A stretch of 64,000 nucleotides of DNA from Octopus sinensis. Lineage: Eukaryota. The position numbers and the translations under genes are program-made. Where the stretch lies: contig NC_043000.1 in assembly GCF_006345805.1 (NCBI RefSeq), forward strand, positions 104,966,001 to 105,030,000, written 5' to 3'. Below the pieces are notes generated by a model that worked only from the letters and a program-made list of their open reading frames with translations, did not search any database and was not told the origin of the DNA. Position 1 is the stretch's first letter. Each line of letters starts with the position of its first letter. Positions 26,019-38,280 of the stretch are shown piece after piece.

Positions 26019-26239
26019 ATATATACGACGGGCTTCTTTCAGTTTCCGTCTACCAAATCCACTCACAAGGCTTTGGTCGGCCCTAGGCAATAGTAGAAGA
26101 CACTTGCCCAAGGTGCCACGCAGTGGGACTGAACCCGGAACCATGTGGTTGGTAAACAAGCTACTTACCACACAGCCACTCCTGCACCTATATAGTTATT
26201 TCCCTTACAAACCTGAGCAACGCCGAGCGATACTGCTAG
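25418..26239 (+). mobile_element. Complete non-autonomous Helitron-type element with a nested SINE
   Basis: A|TCTTTATATATAAAAG at the 5' end; imperfect hairpin CCTGAGCAACGCCGAGCG then ATACTGCTAG|T at the 3' end. Inserted between A and T with no TSD. Confidence 0.82.
25767..26190 (-). mobile_element. SINE family A, full length, inserted in the Helitron
   Basis: Reverse complement of the family A sequence with an internal (TA)/(TG) tract; TATA on both sides. Confidence 0.92.
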
Positions 26240-26499
26240 TTATATATAAATATCTTGTTTTAATTATCTGTGTTTTTATTTACTTTATTTTTATTTCTGT
26301 ATAAGTTTTTGTTTTATTAACATTTGATTTTTCCAATTATATAATTTATAAGCCTTTCACCCCTGTCTTGGTATATCTTCTTCGACTCGCTCTTTATTTC
26401 TTTGTTTTATGTTAGCTTGTATTTTCTGCATCTCTTTGAGCCCTTGAAGCTAATAAAGAATTTATGTTTTTAATATTGTAAACTACTGACAGAATTGTT

Positions 26500-26780
26500 T
26501 GTGTGCCGGAGAGAAGGCTCAACGGCTTTTCTTCCTGCTCTTACGCTCTGAGGTCAAATTCTTTAGAGGTCAACTTCGCTTTTCATACTTTAAAAGTTGA
26601 TAAAATAAGTACCAGTTAAGCAATGAGGTCGATCTAATTGACCGCCCCTTCCCTTCAAAAACTGGCCCTGTGCCTAAATCTGAAATAATTATTAAAGGCG
26701 GCGAGCTAGCAGAATCGTTAGTAGGCCGGACAAAATGCTTAGCGGATTTCGTTCGTCTTTACGTTTTAAGTTTGAATTAC
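26500..26780 (+). mobile_element. Degenerate SINE family B copies
   Basis: ..CTCTGAGGTCAAATTC..GATAAAATAAGTACCAG.. followed by a new head AAGGCGGCGAGCTAGCAGAATCGTTAG. Confidence 0.7.
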
Positions 26781-26819
26781 AGCCCATATGCTTATAGTAG
26801 AGAGAATATCATTGTTATT

Positions 26820-27030
26820 GCTGTTTTTTGTTGCTGTTGGTGTTGTTGCTGTTGATGGTGTTGGTGGTGATTTTTGTTACTGAAGGTGATAATAATGATG
26901 AGGAGGACGACGACGATGATATTGAGGAGCAGAAGAGGGGTGGCATTGGTGACGACGACGAAGACGGCGATGACGACTACGACGAAGAAGACGAAGAAGA
27001 AGAAGAAGAAGAAGAAGAAGAAGAAGAAGG
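26820..27030. repeat. Trinucleotide repeat ladder (GTT/GGT/GAT/GAC/GAA)
   Basis: Read directly; produces the acidic ORF 26828..27064. Confidence 0.9.
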
Positions 27031-27392
27031 CTTTTCAAGAAAGGGTCACAATCGATGGCTATGATAAATAAATAAATTAATACATACAAATACATACTGT
27101 GTTTGGGAGAAGATTTTATTTAGACCGAGTTGAGATTAAAATCTGGTAAAATACGGTTTAGAGATTGAATATGTTGGCCATATAAAAGGACGTCTGTATA
27201 TGACTTACTACTATTACTATTATATGTTTTTAATAGAAAAATTCAAAGTTTTTTTAACAGAACAAGATCTTGTCTTCTAACAACCGAGATACAAGACTGC
27301 TTTGTCGATAACCGTTACAGAATTGTTTTAATTCACGCAAATGCTGAGATTTGGAGAAGCTTTATGTATTTTCATTGCGTGTATTGTTGACT

Positions 27393-27540
27393 GTGTGGTA
27401 GAAGCTTGCTTCTTGACTTGACAACATGTCTTCGAATTCTATTGCACTGCGTGACATTTTGTGTAAGTGGTCTTCCGTTATAGCCCCGGATTGACTAAAG
27501 CGTGGATTTTGTAGATAAAAACAGAGTGAAAGCCCGTCAT
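27393..27540 (+). mobile_element. SINE family A, degenerate 5' half
   Basis: GTGTGGTAGAAGCTTGCTT..CACTGCGTGAC..TATAGCCCCGG..GAAAGCCCGTCATATAT. Confidence 0.65.
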
Positions 27541-27654
27541 ATATATATATATGTGCATGTATATATACATTTATATATTCATTTTGCAAAATTCTTGATG
27601 GGAAATCGTGTGTTGAAACAGATACTGTTGTATTTGGGGATGGTCATGTTGCCA

Positions 27655-28125
27655 GTTTGGCTGATAAAAACACATGCACTATATATTTGGTGTTAATTTA
27701 CTTCAGCTTTATTTTATTTTTTATATTAAACGTATTTCGGCCAGAGTTCTTTCGTTACACTTCTGTAAATTCATCAGTCGTCCTTTGCTTTCTTCTTTCT
27801 TATTTGTGTGCCTTTCCTTACTAACGATCAGCCATTTTGTATTTTGTATTCCTATTGTATTTGTCTTTATTTGCGCATGCGTATACCCCTAAGGTGTGCC
27901 TATGTTTAGTAAGCGCGTGTGTATGCGGGGTGGGGGAGTGTCTGTATTATCTGTATTCCCTGTTTATACACGTTCATTTAATTTCTTTTTATCTATTTTG
28001 TTCATGTGTTTATACCTACTTAATTTTATTTAATTCAATTTTTGTTAACGTGTATACGATTAATGTAAAAAATAAAATAAAGCTGAAGCAAATTAACACC
28101 AAATATATAGTGCGTATGTCTTATT
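27655..28125. mobile_element. Fold-back element with ~70-bp inverted ends and a decayed hammerhead-like motif
   Basis: GCACTATATATTTGGTGTTAATTTACTTCAGCTTTTATTTTATTTTT / AAAAATAAAATAAAGCTGAAGCAAATTAACACCAAATATATAGTGC. The minus strand carries CTGATGA..CTCTGGCC GAAA at 27730-27780. Confidence 0.65.
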
Positions 28126-28241
28126 GGCTAAACAAGCAACAATACCATCCCCAAATACAACAATATGTGTGGTGTGTGTGTTGTGTGTGTGTGTGTGTGT
28201 GTGCGTGTGTGTGTATATGTATGTATTTATGTATGTATATA

Positions 28242-28280
<39 letters not shown>

Positions 28281-28479
28281 CTGTCCGACTGTTCCTCCAC
28301 CACTTGAAACATTGCTGGTTTATTTACCTCCCCGAAACAAACCAACAAGACTTTTCATTTATTTATTTATTTATCTGAGAACACCTCCTTATCAAGAGTG
28401 GGCTTATTGGTGAGGTAGCCAAGTATTTTCTAATGACTGTAAGCTTGTGTAGACATGTTGGTAGTAACGTAAATAAGAC

Positions 28480-28625
28480 TGTATAGGAGTTGTAAGTTTG
28501 TATCCTCATGGTTTCGGGTTCAGTATCACTGTGCGGCACCTTGGTCATGTGTTTTCTTGTTTAACACCATCTCGACCAATGCCTTATGAGTGAATTTAGT
28601 AGGAGGAAACTGTGTGGGAACCCAT
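28480..28625 (+). mobile_element. SINE family A, degenerate 5' half
   Basis: CATGGTTTCGGGTTCAGTATCACTGTGCGGCACCTTGG..CCTTATGAGTGAATTTAGTAG. Confidence 0.6.
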
Positions 28626-28632
28626 CATCATC

Positions 28633-28746
<114 letters not shown>

Positions 28747-28880
28747 ATAAGCACACACTACAAGACTTTATGTGCTACTATTAGTTTCATGCTCCGAGAA
28801 CATGCCAACAATGTTTTATAACCGTTTGACATCTCGGCGCACTCCTCGGGGACAGCCTACATGACACATACATACATACA

Positions 28881-28927
<47 letters not shown>

Positions 28928-29177
28928 TGAAGCAGGTGATTAGGGTGTCGTTATATCGTGGTTCCATTCCCATACTGAGTGATGCGTAGTCTTCTTAAGC
29001 CAAACATTTCATTCCCGTTGCTCCAGTCCCACTTTCGATCAGGAGTGAATGCTGTTCTGCAGCCTAGGTAGCGAGATTGTAGTCATTCGATGGCTAAAAC
29101 AATGCAAACCGCATTGTGACCTTCGATGTGTTTACAATGCGATTTTCCTATATAGATATGTATACATGAAATATATA

Positions 29178-29247
<70 letters not shown>

Positions 29248-29290
29248 ATATGTATATATATATGTATATATATATATCTTATATATATAT

Positions 29291-29324
<34 letters not shown>

Positions 29325-29579
29325 ATATTATATATATATTCATTTAACAAACATCCTAAATTAAACACCACATGGATGTTAATCCTCTAGGTAATTTTTC
29401 CAAGGACTATCATTGAACTCGAGATACACAAAGAGTTTACAATGTATCGGTGTACCTATTTTTTAATTTTTGTATATGTTTATTATTTTTTTGCAAAAAA
29501 CAATGAAATTTTCTTTTTTCCCCCTCCTCAATTATAAAAAAATTTCTTTTCACCTTACAATTCTTGAAAAGTCGCATTG

Positions 29580-29900
29580 CGACGGAAACCGATTAGAGTT
29601 AATATTTTTTTTTTTTTTAAATTTTCCATACACCCATTTTCATTAAAATTTACCTTCAATTTAATATTCTGCCTTTTTATAATTTTTCATTGCCTATGTG
29701 CCCGAGTGTGTACCATTGGCGATTTTTTTCCCCTGTCTTCCCTTCTCTGCATCTTTCCTTCTATGTTTCCGACGAAGAGCTCCGCTTGAACCGTTAAACC
29801 CTCCTTCTTTCCTTCTTTCCTGAGCGTCCAATAATACTATATTTGTTCCACATCCTCGCGTTGTTGTGTTTTTTTTTGTGCTTTTTTGTTTGGATTAACT
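29580..29900 (+). mobile_element. Penelope-like terminal repeat fragment with a decayed minimal hammerhead
   Basis: GTTT-CCGACGA-AGAGC-TCCG-CTT-GAAC-CGTT-AAAC at 29765-29799: stems I and II are retained, with two core substitutions. Confidence 0.55.
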
Positions 29901-30047
29901 TTATATATATATATCTGTATGCGTATGCACCTATATGTGTGTATTATACATATGCACAAACATATACATACGCGCACATACACACACACATATATATATA
30001 TATGTATGTCCATATGTGTATGCATATACATAATATAATACATATAT

Positions 30048-30090
<43 letters not shown>

Positions 30091-30319
30091 CATACATACA
30101 TACATACATACATACATACATACATACATACATACATACATACATACATACATACATACATACATACATACATACAATACCTGATAATGCTAATGTTATA
30201 AAGTGCTCCTGCAGGAATGATATTGTCGTGAGAAAAACAAACCAAACTATTTTGATCTACAATTGACATTTAGATGAAATGAATGAACGGAACTAACGTG
30301 AGCTGTAGTAGTACATCCA

Positions 30320-30364
<45 letters not shown>

Positions 30365-30618
30365 TATGCATGTATTAATAGATACATACAAACGCACATA
30401 CTCAGGCACGAACGCAAACACCCAGCTTTTCATAGGAATTGGTGCGCACACATACGTATATATTATATATATTATATATAATATAATATATATATATAAT
30501 ACATACATACATAATACATATACGCATATAAATAGGTATATATGCATATTTACAGATATGTGTGCATATGTATGTACGTGTATGTATGTGTTACACACAC
30601 AACACACATCCAGAGACG

Positions 30619-30670
<52 letters not shown>

Positions 30671-30683
30671 GATATTATATATT

Positions 30684-30777
<94 letters not shown>

Positions 30778-30830
30778 ATAGATACAGATGTATATGTGTG
30801 TGTGTGTGTGTGTATGTATGCATATATATA
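29900..30830. repeat. Compound (TA)/(TACA)/(CA)/(GATA) microsatellite field
   Basis: Read directly. Confidence 0.9.
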
Positions 30831-31499
30831 TATATATCTGTGTCGTAAGTCAGTTGCGTGTACGTCTACGGGTTTTTGTGTACTTGTAAATCGATGGCGT
30901 AAAAAGTCATGGCATATGGAACTGATATTTTATTAAATACTTGAACATTGTTTTGTAATCACCACGGTTACTGTCGGGGATGTCTATGCTCTTGTAGTGC
31001 GTGTTCCATCTCTTCTTCCATTTCTTGTAATATTTTGCACACCACTGTGCTGCTAATATTTTTTTTATATTTCTATTTAAAGTGACTATAATTTGAGAGA
31101 TTCACCCAGTATTAGCTTGATGGTTATGCTTAATCTGATAATCCATTGTTGAGTCGAAGAAATACAGTTGGACAAATAGTCTTTATCTTCATTTATCGCG
31201 TGCATATCAGAAATGTGATTTTAAATTCGTCAATGTAGTCTGAAACGATGCGAAGAGCGATCACGTGGCCCGGCTATTTGACACCCATTGAAGACATCGA
31301 AAGAGCTGTAAGATCAAATACTGTCGATACATTAGAATAGCAGCTATAAACTGGCTGACTCGTAATAGCTTTCAGGAACTCCAGGAAAAGTTGAGGTATT
31401 TGAATTTTACGTGTATATGTGTGCTTGTATATGTATATATGCATGCATGCATGTATGTATGTATGTATGTATGTATGTAGGTAGGAAGGTATATAGGTA

Positions 31500-31537
<38 letters not shown>

Positions 31538-31726
31538 CGTGTGCGCGTGTGCGTGCGTGTGCGCGTGTGCGTGCGTGCGCGCGTGTGCGTGTATGTGTAT
31601 GTGCGTGTGTGTGTATGTATGTTTATAAACCTTAAAAACTGGTAACAAAAAACAGCGTACATATTTTATTCAAGCTAAATTTAATATAACAGTAACTTCG
31701 AAGTTTTGCTGCGGCCGGAACAATAT

Positions 31727-31757
<31 letters not shown>

Positions 31758-32394
31758 TTCGAGGTCGACTTTGCATTTTACCATTTAGGCTCGATAAGCT
31801 AAAAAATCATTTGACCACTGGGGTCGATGCAATTAACATTAACTTCACCCCCACCGACATTGTTGGCCTCGTGCCACAATTTGAAATCAGTGTTTGAAAC
31901 TGTTCCAAGAATTGTGTCACGAAGACTCTTTATTATTAACTGTCCCAGTCTAGTTATATATCACAGTTTGTAAGCAATAGCATCATCGGTTAGCAGTTTC
32001 CAACAGAAACTGCCTGGGACACCGGCAATGCATGAAACCTCTTAACTGGGCAACCATATCTGAACCTTTTACTTCACTGTAGTGTAGCCGTCGCATAGCA
32101 GGAACAATTCGCAGTTGTAAAGTAACATTAAACAGTGTAAGTTGACCGATGGTTATATAGTTAGATTACAGTGCTCTAGTTTTTACAAGTCCCACAGTTG
32201 CTGGAGAGAGAACACAAAGTTGGTCTTATGAGGTTTTTATCAATAAGACAATGAAATGTCAAGTAGTTTTTAGGAAATGTCAAATAATTTATTTGATTTG
32301 ATTGTCTGACAATAGACGAGGCGGCTAAAGACGGATTATTTCGAAGTATAAAACACACACACACACATACACACACACACACACACGCAGACAT

Positions 32395-32560
32395 TTTATT
32401 ATTTCTTTTACTTGTTGCAGTCATTGGACTACGGCCATGCTGAAGCAATGCCTTCAAGTGATTAGTTGATCATACCGACTCCAGTACTTATTGCTATCGA
32501 GTACTTGTTACTTAGTTATCTATTTGTCGAAACGCTAAATTAACGAGAAATAAAGGGGCG
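32395..32560 (-). mobile_element. SINE family A, 3' half
   Basis: CTTTTACTTGTTGCAGTCATTGGACTACGGCCATGCTG..CAGTACTTATT..CTATTTGTCGAAACGCTAA. Confidence 0.65.
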
Positions 32561-32631
32561 CAATATATGAACAGTACCGGAATTTTGGCGGTGTAAGAAT
32601 AGAGAAAACCATGTACACAGATACGCACACC

Positions 32632-32673
<42 letters not shown>

Positions 32674-32685
32674 TACACACACACC

Positions 32686-34226
32686 AAAAATGATGCACTG
32701 CGCCAAGCCCACAGGCAATCAGCGCATCAATACTACCGCAACCCAACAGCCAACTAAGACAGATACATTCCTCAAGACACTGGAAGACGCCCTTCTTGCA
32801 GACCCACCAGAAGGCAATGTTCAGCAGAGGTGGGACTCTCTCAAGGACAACATCCATAGCACTGCACTGAGGGCCTTTGGGAAGAGGAGGAAGATGACAC
32901 ATGACTGATTTGAGGCGAATGTGAAAGAACTCAATACCACCGTAGAGGAGAAGCGTTCTGCCCTGCTGAAGCATAAACACCAACCGACCAGGGCAACGCT
33001 GCAAGCATTGAGATCAGCAAGGAACAGCATGCAGAAGACAGTGAGATGGTGTGTAAATGACTACTGGTTACAACTATTTGCAGATATTCAAATGTCGTTT
33101 GACACAGGAAAAATTCGCGGAATGTATGAGGGTATCAAGAAAGCTATCGGCCCAACCCAGAGCAAGATAGCTCCACTCAAATCTAGGATAGGGGAAAATA
33201 TCAAGGAGAAAAGAGAGCAGCTGGAGAGATTGGATGGAACATTATTCCGAACTCTACACCTAAGAAAAAAAAAACATCTCGGACACCGTAGAGTACCTAC
33301 CTTTCATGGAAGAGCTGGACACACTGCCAACTGCTGAAGAACTGAGCAGAGCCATTGATGGCTTGCCCACTGGAAAAGCATCGGGTTTGGATGGCATCTC
33401 ACCAGAGATCATCAGATGCGCAAGGAGAGTTCTACTTAGCCACTTGCTGAATTTACTGTCTCAGTGCGGGGAGGAGGGATCAGTACCGCAAGACATAAGA
33501 CACTGCAACATTGTCACTCTATATAAGAACAGAGGAGACAAAAGCGACTGCCATGACTACCGAGGCACCTCGCTGTTAAGCATCGTTGGGAAAGACTCTG
33601 CCTGCGTTGCCCTAAATAGTCTACAGAAAATCGCTGAGAGGGTATACCCCGAGTCTCAGTGTGGTTTCAGAGCAAAACGCCCCACCATCGACATGATCAT
33701 CTCTCTCCAATAGCTACAGGAAAAGTGCCGAGAGCAAAGAAACCACTCTTTATCACCTTCATCGACCTCACAAAGGCTTTTGACCTAGTCAGTATAGACA
33801 GCCTATTCAAAATCCTAGCCAAGATTGGTTGTCCTCCAAGACTTCTCAGAAGTTTTCTATAATTTCACAAGGACTTGAAAGGCATTGTTCAATTTGATGG
33901 CTCTTTTTCGGAGGCATTCATCATACGTAGCGGCGGGAAACAGGGCTGTGTGCTTTCCCCCACCCTATTTGGCATCTTCTTTGCAGTCAAGCTGAAACAT
34001 GCATTTGGGACATCAACTGATGGTGCTTACCTCCAGCATCAGATCAAGCGGCAAACTGTTTAGTCTGTCGAGGTTGAAAGCAAAATCCAAGGTATACCAG
34101 GTACTCGTCAGAGAAATGCTATTCGCAAACAATGCAGCACACTCTGAAGAACAAACGACAGCATACTCTGAAGAACAAATGCAGCACCTTGTGGACAAAC
34201 TTTCAAGGGCCTGTCAGGAACAGTAA
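32686..34226 (+). mobile_element. RTE/BovB-like LINE, truncated at both ends (linker + RT domains 0-5), pseudogenised
   Basis: KASGLDGISPE, IVTLYKNRGDKSDCHDYRGTSLLS, ESQCGFRAKRPTIDMI, FIDLTKAFDLV, SGGKQGCVLSPTLF, EMLFANNAA. In-frame stops at about 32904, 33711 and 33858 plus frameshifts. Confidence 0.92.
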
Positions 34227-34560
34227 AAATATACTATCTACATTCCAGCGATGGAGCTTGCTTTGTATCTTTGTATTTGAGATTTGCGTACCAGGTGGTG
34301 ACTTCCTTTGCCTAAAACCTCAGCTTTTTAAGACTGCTGCTAAGACAATTACTTACATGCCAAATGCACCAATGATTATCGCTATAAAAATTGAATTTAT
34401 TGCAAGAATTTGTCTTAAATATTCTCTTTCTCTCAGATTTTGAAAGAAGTGAGCACATCTGCAAGACTGCTGGCCGCTATATCTTTAGAAAACTTTTCTG
34501 TCTGTTTGTCTGTCTATCTGTATGTCTGTCTGTCTGTCTGTCTGTCTGTATGTATTTATG

Positions 34561-34594
<34 letters not shown>

Positions 34595-34989
34595 TGTATG
34601 TATGTATGTATGTAGACGTGCATCGAGCAAACAAAAGCAAGCGCCGCCACCTAAAAACTGGTACGGACGTATAATAAGTAACACAGCAATACTTTGAAGT
34701 GCATACACATATTTAATAATGCTTCATAACGTATGAATGGTCTTGTTATGTTCACGTTAGTATGTTACACAATGAATGCCAGTTGCCAAAATTATAAGGA
34801 ATACGTGACAGAAATATGAATTCTAGCGTGTCAATATGAAAAACGGCGTTTCAGAAAACAACACCATTCAAGAAAACACATAGACTTTAATACAACAAGA
34901 GTATAGATCATCTAGGTATATAATACACGCATACATACAAACACATGGACACATACGAAATGATGTTAGCAAAGATTGTGTGTCTTTAC

Positions 34990-35069
34990 AGCATTGTCAG
35001 TGACAATGATGATGAAAAATCAATGACGATGATGATGAAGATCAATGACGATGATGATGGAGGTGGTGG

Positions 35070-35100
<31 letters not shown>

Positions 35101-35250
35101 GGTGCTGGTGATAATGACGATAGCGACGACTACGACGGAAACTGCGACGGCAACAATGATGATGAAAAGAAGAGTGATGGTAGCGGAGAATGATGGTGCT
35201 ATGATTGCTATTGTTGCTAACGTTGCTGACGATGACGACAACGATGTCGC
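34990..35250. repeat. Trinucleotide repeat ladder (GAT/GGT/GAC)
   Basis: Read directly. Confidence 0.9.
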
Positions 35251-35658
35251 AAATCTGTACTAAAGTAAACCGTGACTCTCTCTCCTGGTTACAGCAATGT
35301 TTGGAAATATCAATTTCTGTTAATCACTGATTTTGTGTGTGTGTGTATTTGTTTATGTGTGTGTGCGTGAGTGTGTGTATGTTTGTGCGTGTGTTTGTGT
35401 GTGATGCATTTATACATATCTGCGTACGTATGTAGTTCTCTTCGAGGGCATACTTGTCATAATTGTCCTGCATAACTGTCAACGTAATCTCTATATCTAA
35501 GAGTTCACCTTTCTCCCTCACTTTAAACACACACACACACACAACCACGTGTGAGTGCAAATTTCTATATATAAATATATATGTATATATATGTGCGGTG
35601 CGTGTATATCTGTGTGTGTAAGTGTACACACACACACACACACACACACATTTATATA

Positions 35659-36516
35659 CAGTAATCCCTCGACTATCTCGTGTGTTACATTCCAAAAACC
35701 CGCGATAGGTGAAAATCCGCAAAGTAGAAACAGTACAGTATTTTTTAAATTATTTTTATAATTTGTATATACCAACTACATGGTTCCGGGTTCAGTCCCA
35801 CTACGTGGCACCTTGGGCAAGTGTCTTCTACTATAGCCTCGGACCGACCGAAGCCTTGTGAGTGGATTTGGTAGACGGAAACTGAAAGAAGCCCATCGTA
35901 TAAATGTATATATATATATATGCGTGTGTGTGTTTGTGTGTCTGTGTTTGTCCCCTTAGCATTGCTTGACAACCGATGCTGGTGTGTTTATGTCCCCGTT
36001 ACTTAGTGGTTCGGCAAAAGAGACCGATAGAATAAGTACTGGGCTTACAAAAGAATAAGGCCCGGGGTCGAGTTGCTCGATTAAAGGCGGTGCTCCAGCA
36101 TGGCCGCAGTCAAATGACTGAAACAAGTAAAAGAGTAAAAGAATAAGAGTATTTATTTTATTATAAGTGCAAAACAACACCACACACTCGCCTCCCGAGT
36201 TTCGTTTGCCTTACAGTGCGCGCGATTCTTTGTTTATTCATCTAAGGTTCACTACGTATTTTCTTTTGACATATTTTAGTGCGTTATACAGTGCAGTACT
36301 GTAATTTTTATTTATTAATTTATTAAATTTTAGGCGTGAAAATGCTTATTTTACCATAAAAATATTTACAGTCCAAAAAAATATAAATACCTATCGGCCG
36401 CAGAAACCTGCGATATACTGAGGAGACCGCGATATAAATTTACGTGTATTAGCAAGAAAAATCCGCGATATACTGAAGGCGTGACAAGTGAACCGTGATA
36501 TGACGAGTTATTACTG
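35659..36516. mobile_element. Tc1/mariner (Tigger-type) MITE with TA duplication, split by a SINE
   Basis: TA|CAGTAATCCCTCGACTAT ... ATATGACGAGTTATTACTG|TA. Confidence 0.85.
35771..36149 (+). mobile_element. SINE family A, slightly 5'-truncated, nested in the MITE
   Basis: Nearly identical to 25767-26190 (reverse). Confidence 0.92.
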
Positions 36517-37039
36517 TATACACACACACACAGATATATGTGTGTGTATGTGTGTGTGTGCGTGCGCACGCGTAGCAATGTAGATAGATAGATAGATAGA
36601 TTGAATGATTGACTGACAGATAAGCAGATAGATCTATATAAATATATACTGAGAAATGTGTATGCATGTATGGCTGTATGTATGTATGTATGTATGTATG
36701 TATGTATGTATGTATGTATGTATGTATGTATGTATGTGTGTATGCATGTATGTATGAAATACCAAATTGTTTTTATGTTTTATAATTCCCAAACGAAATC
36801 TTCCACCTCTTCTAGACGAGATACATTTTTTTAAACTTAACAATATTATTTCATTAGGAATTGTAGACAACCAGACGAAATAAATAGAAATATTTTATTT
36901 CGTCTGCTCTTGTTTTTGATCTTTTACAAATAACACCATTTAGGGGTTGATAGTAAAGAGTACTCTGTCATAGAGTGACGAATCTCGTATCTAACGGCAG
37001 TATGCAATTTCATAATAATTTTTTTTAATATACGACATC

Positions 37040-37320
37040 CAGCTGCTTTTCTGCCTTCGTTTTTGTCACCAATATCACTATCATTATAATGGTTGTCACC
37101 CTAATCTTCATCAGCATCATCATCACCATCATCGTCATCGTCGTCGTCATCATCACCGTCGTCATCATCGTCATCGTCGTCGTTGACATTATTGTCATCA
37201 CTGTTATCGCCATCGTCATCCTTGTGGTTGTCATCGCCATCATCATCATCATCAGTGTCATCTCTATCATCTTCGTTGATGCCGTTTTCGTTGATGTTGT
37301 CATTATCATTACTACCGTCA
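37040..37320. repeat. (CAT/CGT)n trinucleotide tract
   Basis: Read directly. Confidence 0.9.
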
Positions 37321-37324
37321 ATAA

Positions 37325-37468
37325 AGTAGTGGGCTGACTGATCCCTTTGCACGCCGGATAAAATGCTTAGCAGCATTTCGTCCGTCTTTACGTTCTGTGT
37401 TCAAATGCCGCCGAGATCGATTGTGCTTTCCATCCTTTCAAAGTCGATAAAATAAGTATAGCAGAAAG
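37325..37468 (+). mobile_element. SINE family B copy hosting the palindromic insertion
   Basis: ..GCACGCCGGATAAAATGCTTAGCAGCATTTCGTCCG..GTTCAAATGCCGCCGAG..GTCGATAAAATAAG. Confidence 0.75.
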
Positions 37469-37554
37469 TTCTATATTTAAGAGATGAGGAATTATGTACA
37501 TTATTTACATTATTTACATTTGATGGATATTTGTCCTCATCGTGTTTGCTGTTA

Positions 37555-37599
37555 ACACAACGTTTCGGCTGATATACCCTCCAGCCTTCATCAGATGTC
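37555..37599 (-). ncRNA. Minimal type I hammerhead ribozyme motif (Penelope-type)
   Basis: RNA: GACAU CUGAUGA A GGCUG-gagggtatat-CAGCC GAAA C GUU GUGUU. The core is intact, stem II is 5 bp, stem I is 5 bp with wobbles, and stem III is reduced to a palindromic ACGU. Confidence 0.75.
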
Positions 37600-37646
37600 T
37601 TGGGAAAATTTCGAACCTGGATTCTCATTCCTAAGGTATTTTTCGA

Positions 37647-37680
<34 letters not shown>

Positions 37681-37885
37681 GTTATTATTATTATTATTAT
37701 TATTATTGTTGTTGTTGTTGTTGTTGTTGTTATTATTATTATTATTATTATTATATGCCTGGAATCGAACATGGAATGTTGAGGTTAGTAGCCCGCGCTC
37801 TTAACCACCACGCCATATGCCAGTGGGCATAGTGGTTAAGACCGCGGGCTACTAACCCCAAGATTCCGAGTTCGATTCTAGGCAG

Positions 37886-37943
<58 letters not shown>

Positions 37944-38015
37944 TAATGAGAAGGAGGAGGACGAGGAGGAGAAGAAGAAGAAGAAGAAGAAAAAGAAGAA
38001 GAAGATGAAGAAGAA

Positions 38016-38046
<31 letters not shown>

Positions 38047-38234
38047 AAGATGAAGAAGAAGATGAGAAGAAGAAGATGAAGAAGAAGAAGAAGAAGAAGA
38101 AGAAGAAGAAGAAGAAGAAGAAGAAGAAGAAGAAGAAGAAGAAGAAGAACAACAACAACAACAACAACAACAACAGCAACAACAACATTGAAAAATACCT
38201 TAGGAATGAGAACTCAGGTTCGAAATCTCCCCAA

Positions 38235-38280
38235 GACCCCTGATGAAGCCTGGAGGGTATATCAGCCGAAACATTCTGTT
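38235..38280 (+). ncRNA. Degenerate second copy of the minimal hammerhead motif
   Basis: GACCC CTGATGA AGCCTG..CAGCC GAAA CATT CTGTT: mismatches in stems I, II and III. Confidence 0.55.

Noticed and set aside
26828-27095. Acidic D/E-rich ORF resembling a nucleolin or prothymosin tract
   Set aside because: It is a trinucleotide ladder open in several frames, with no splice or non-repeat coding context. The same applies to 34945-35263, 37025-37376, 37751-38188, 38279-38641 and 52226-52555.
30840-32350. Unique-looking stretches (30840-31400, 31900-32350) as possible exons
   Set aside because: All six frames are short or unrecognisable, with no consistent splice pairs.
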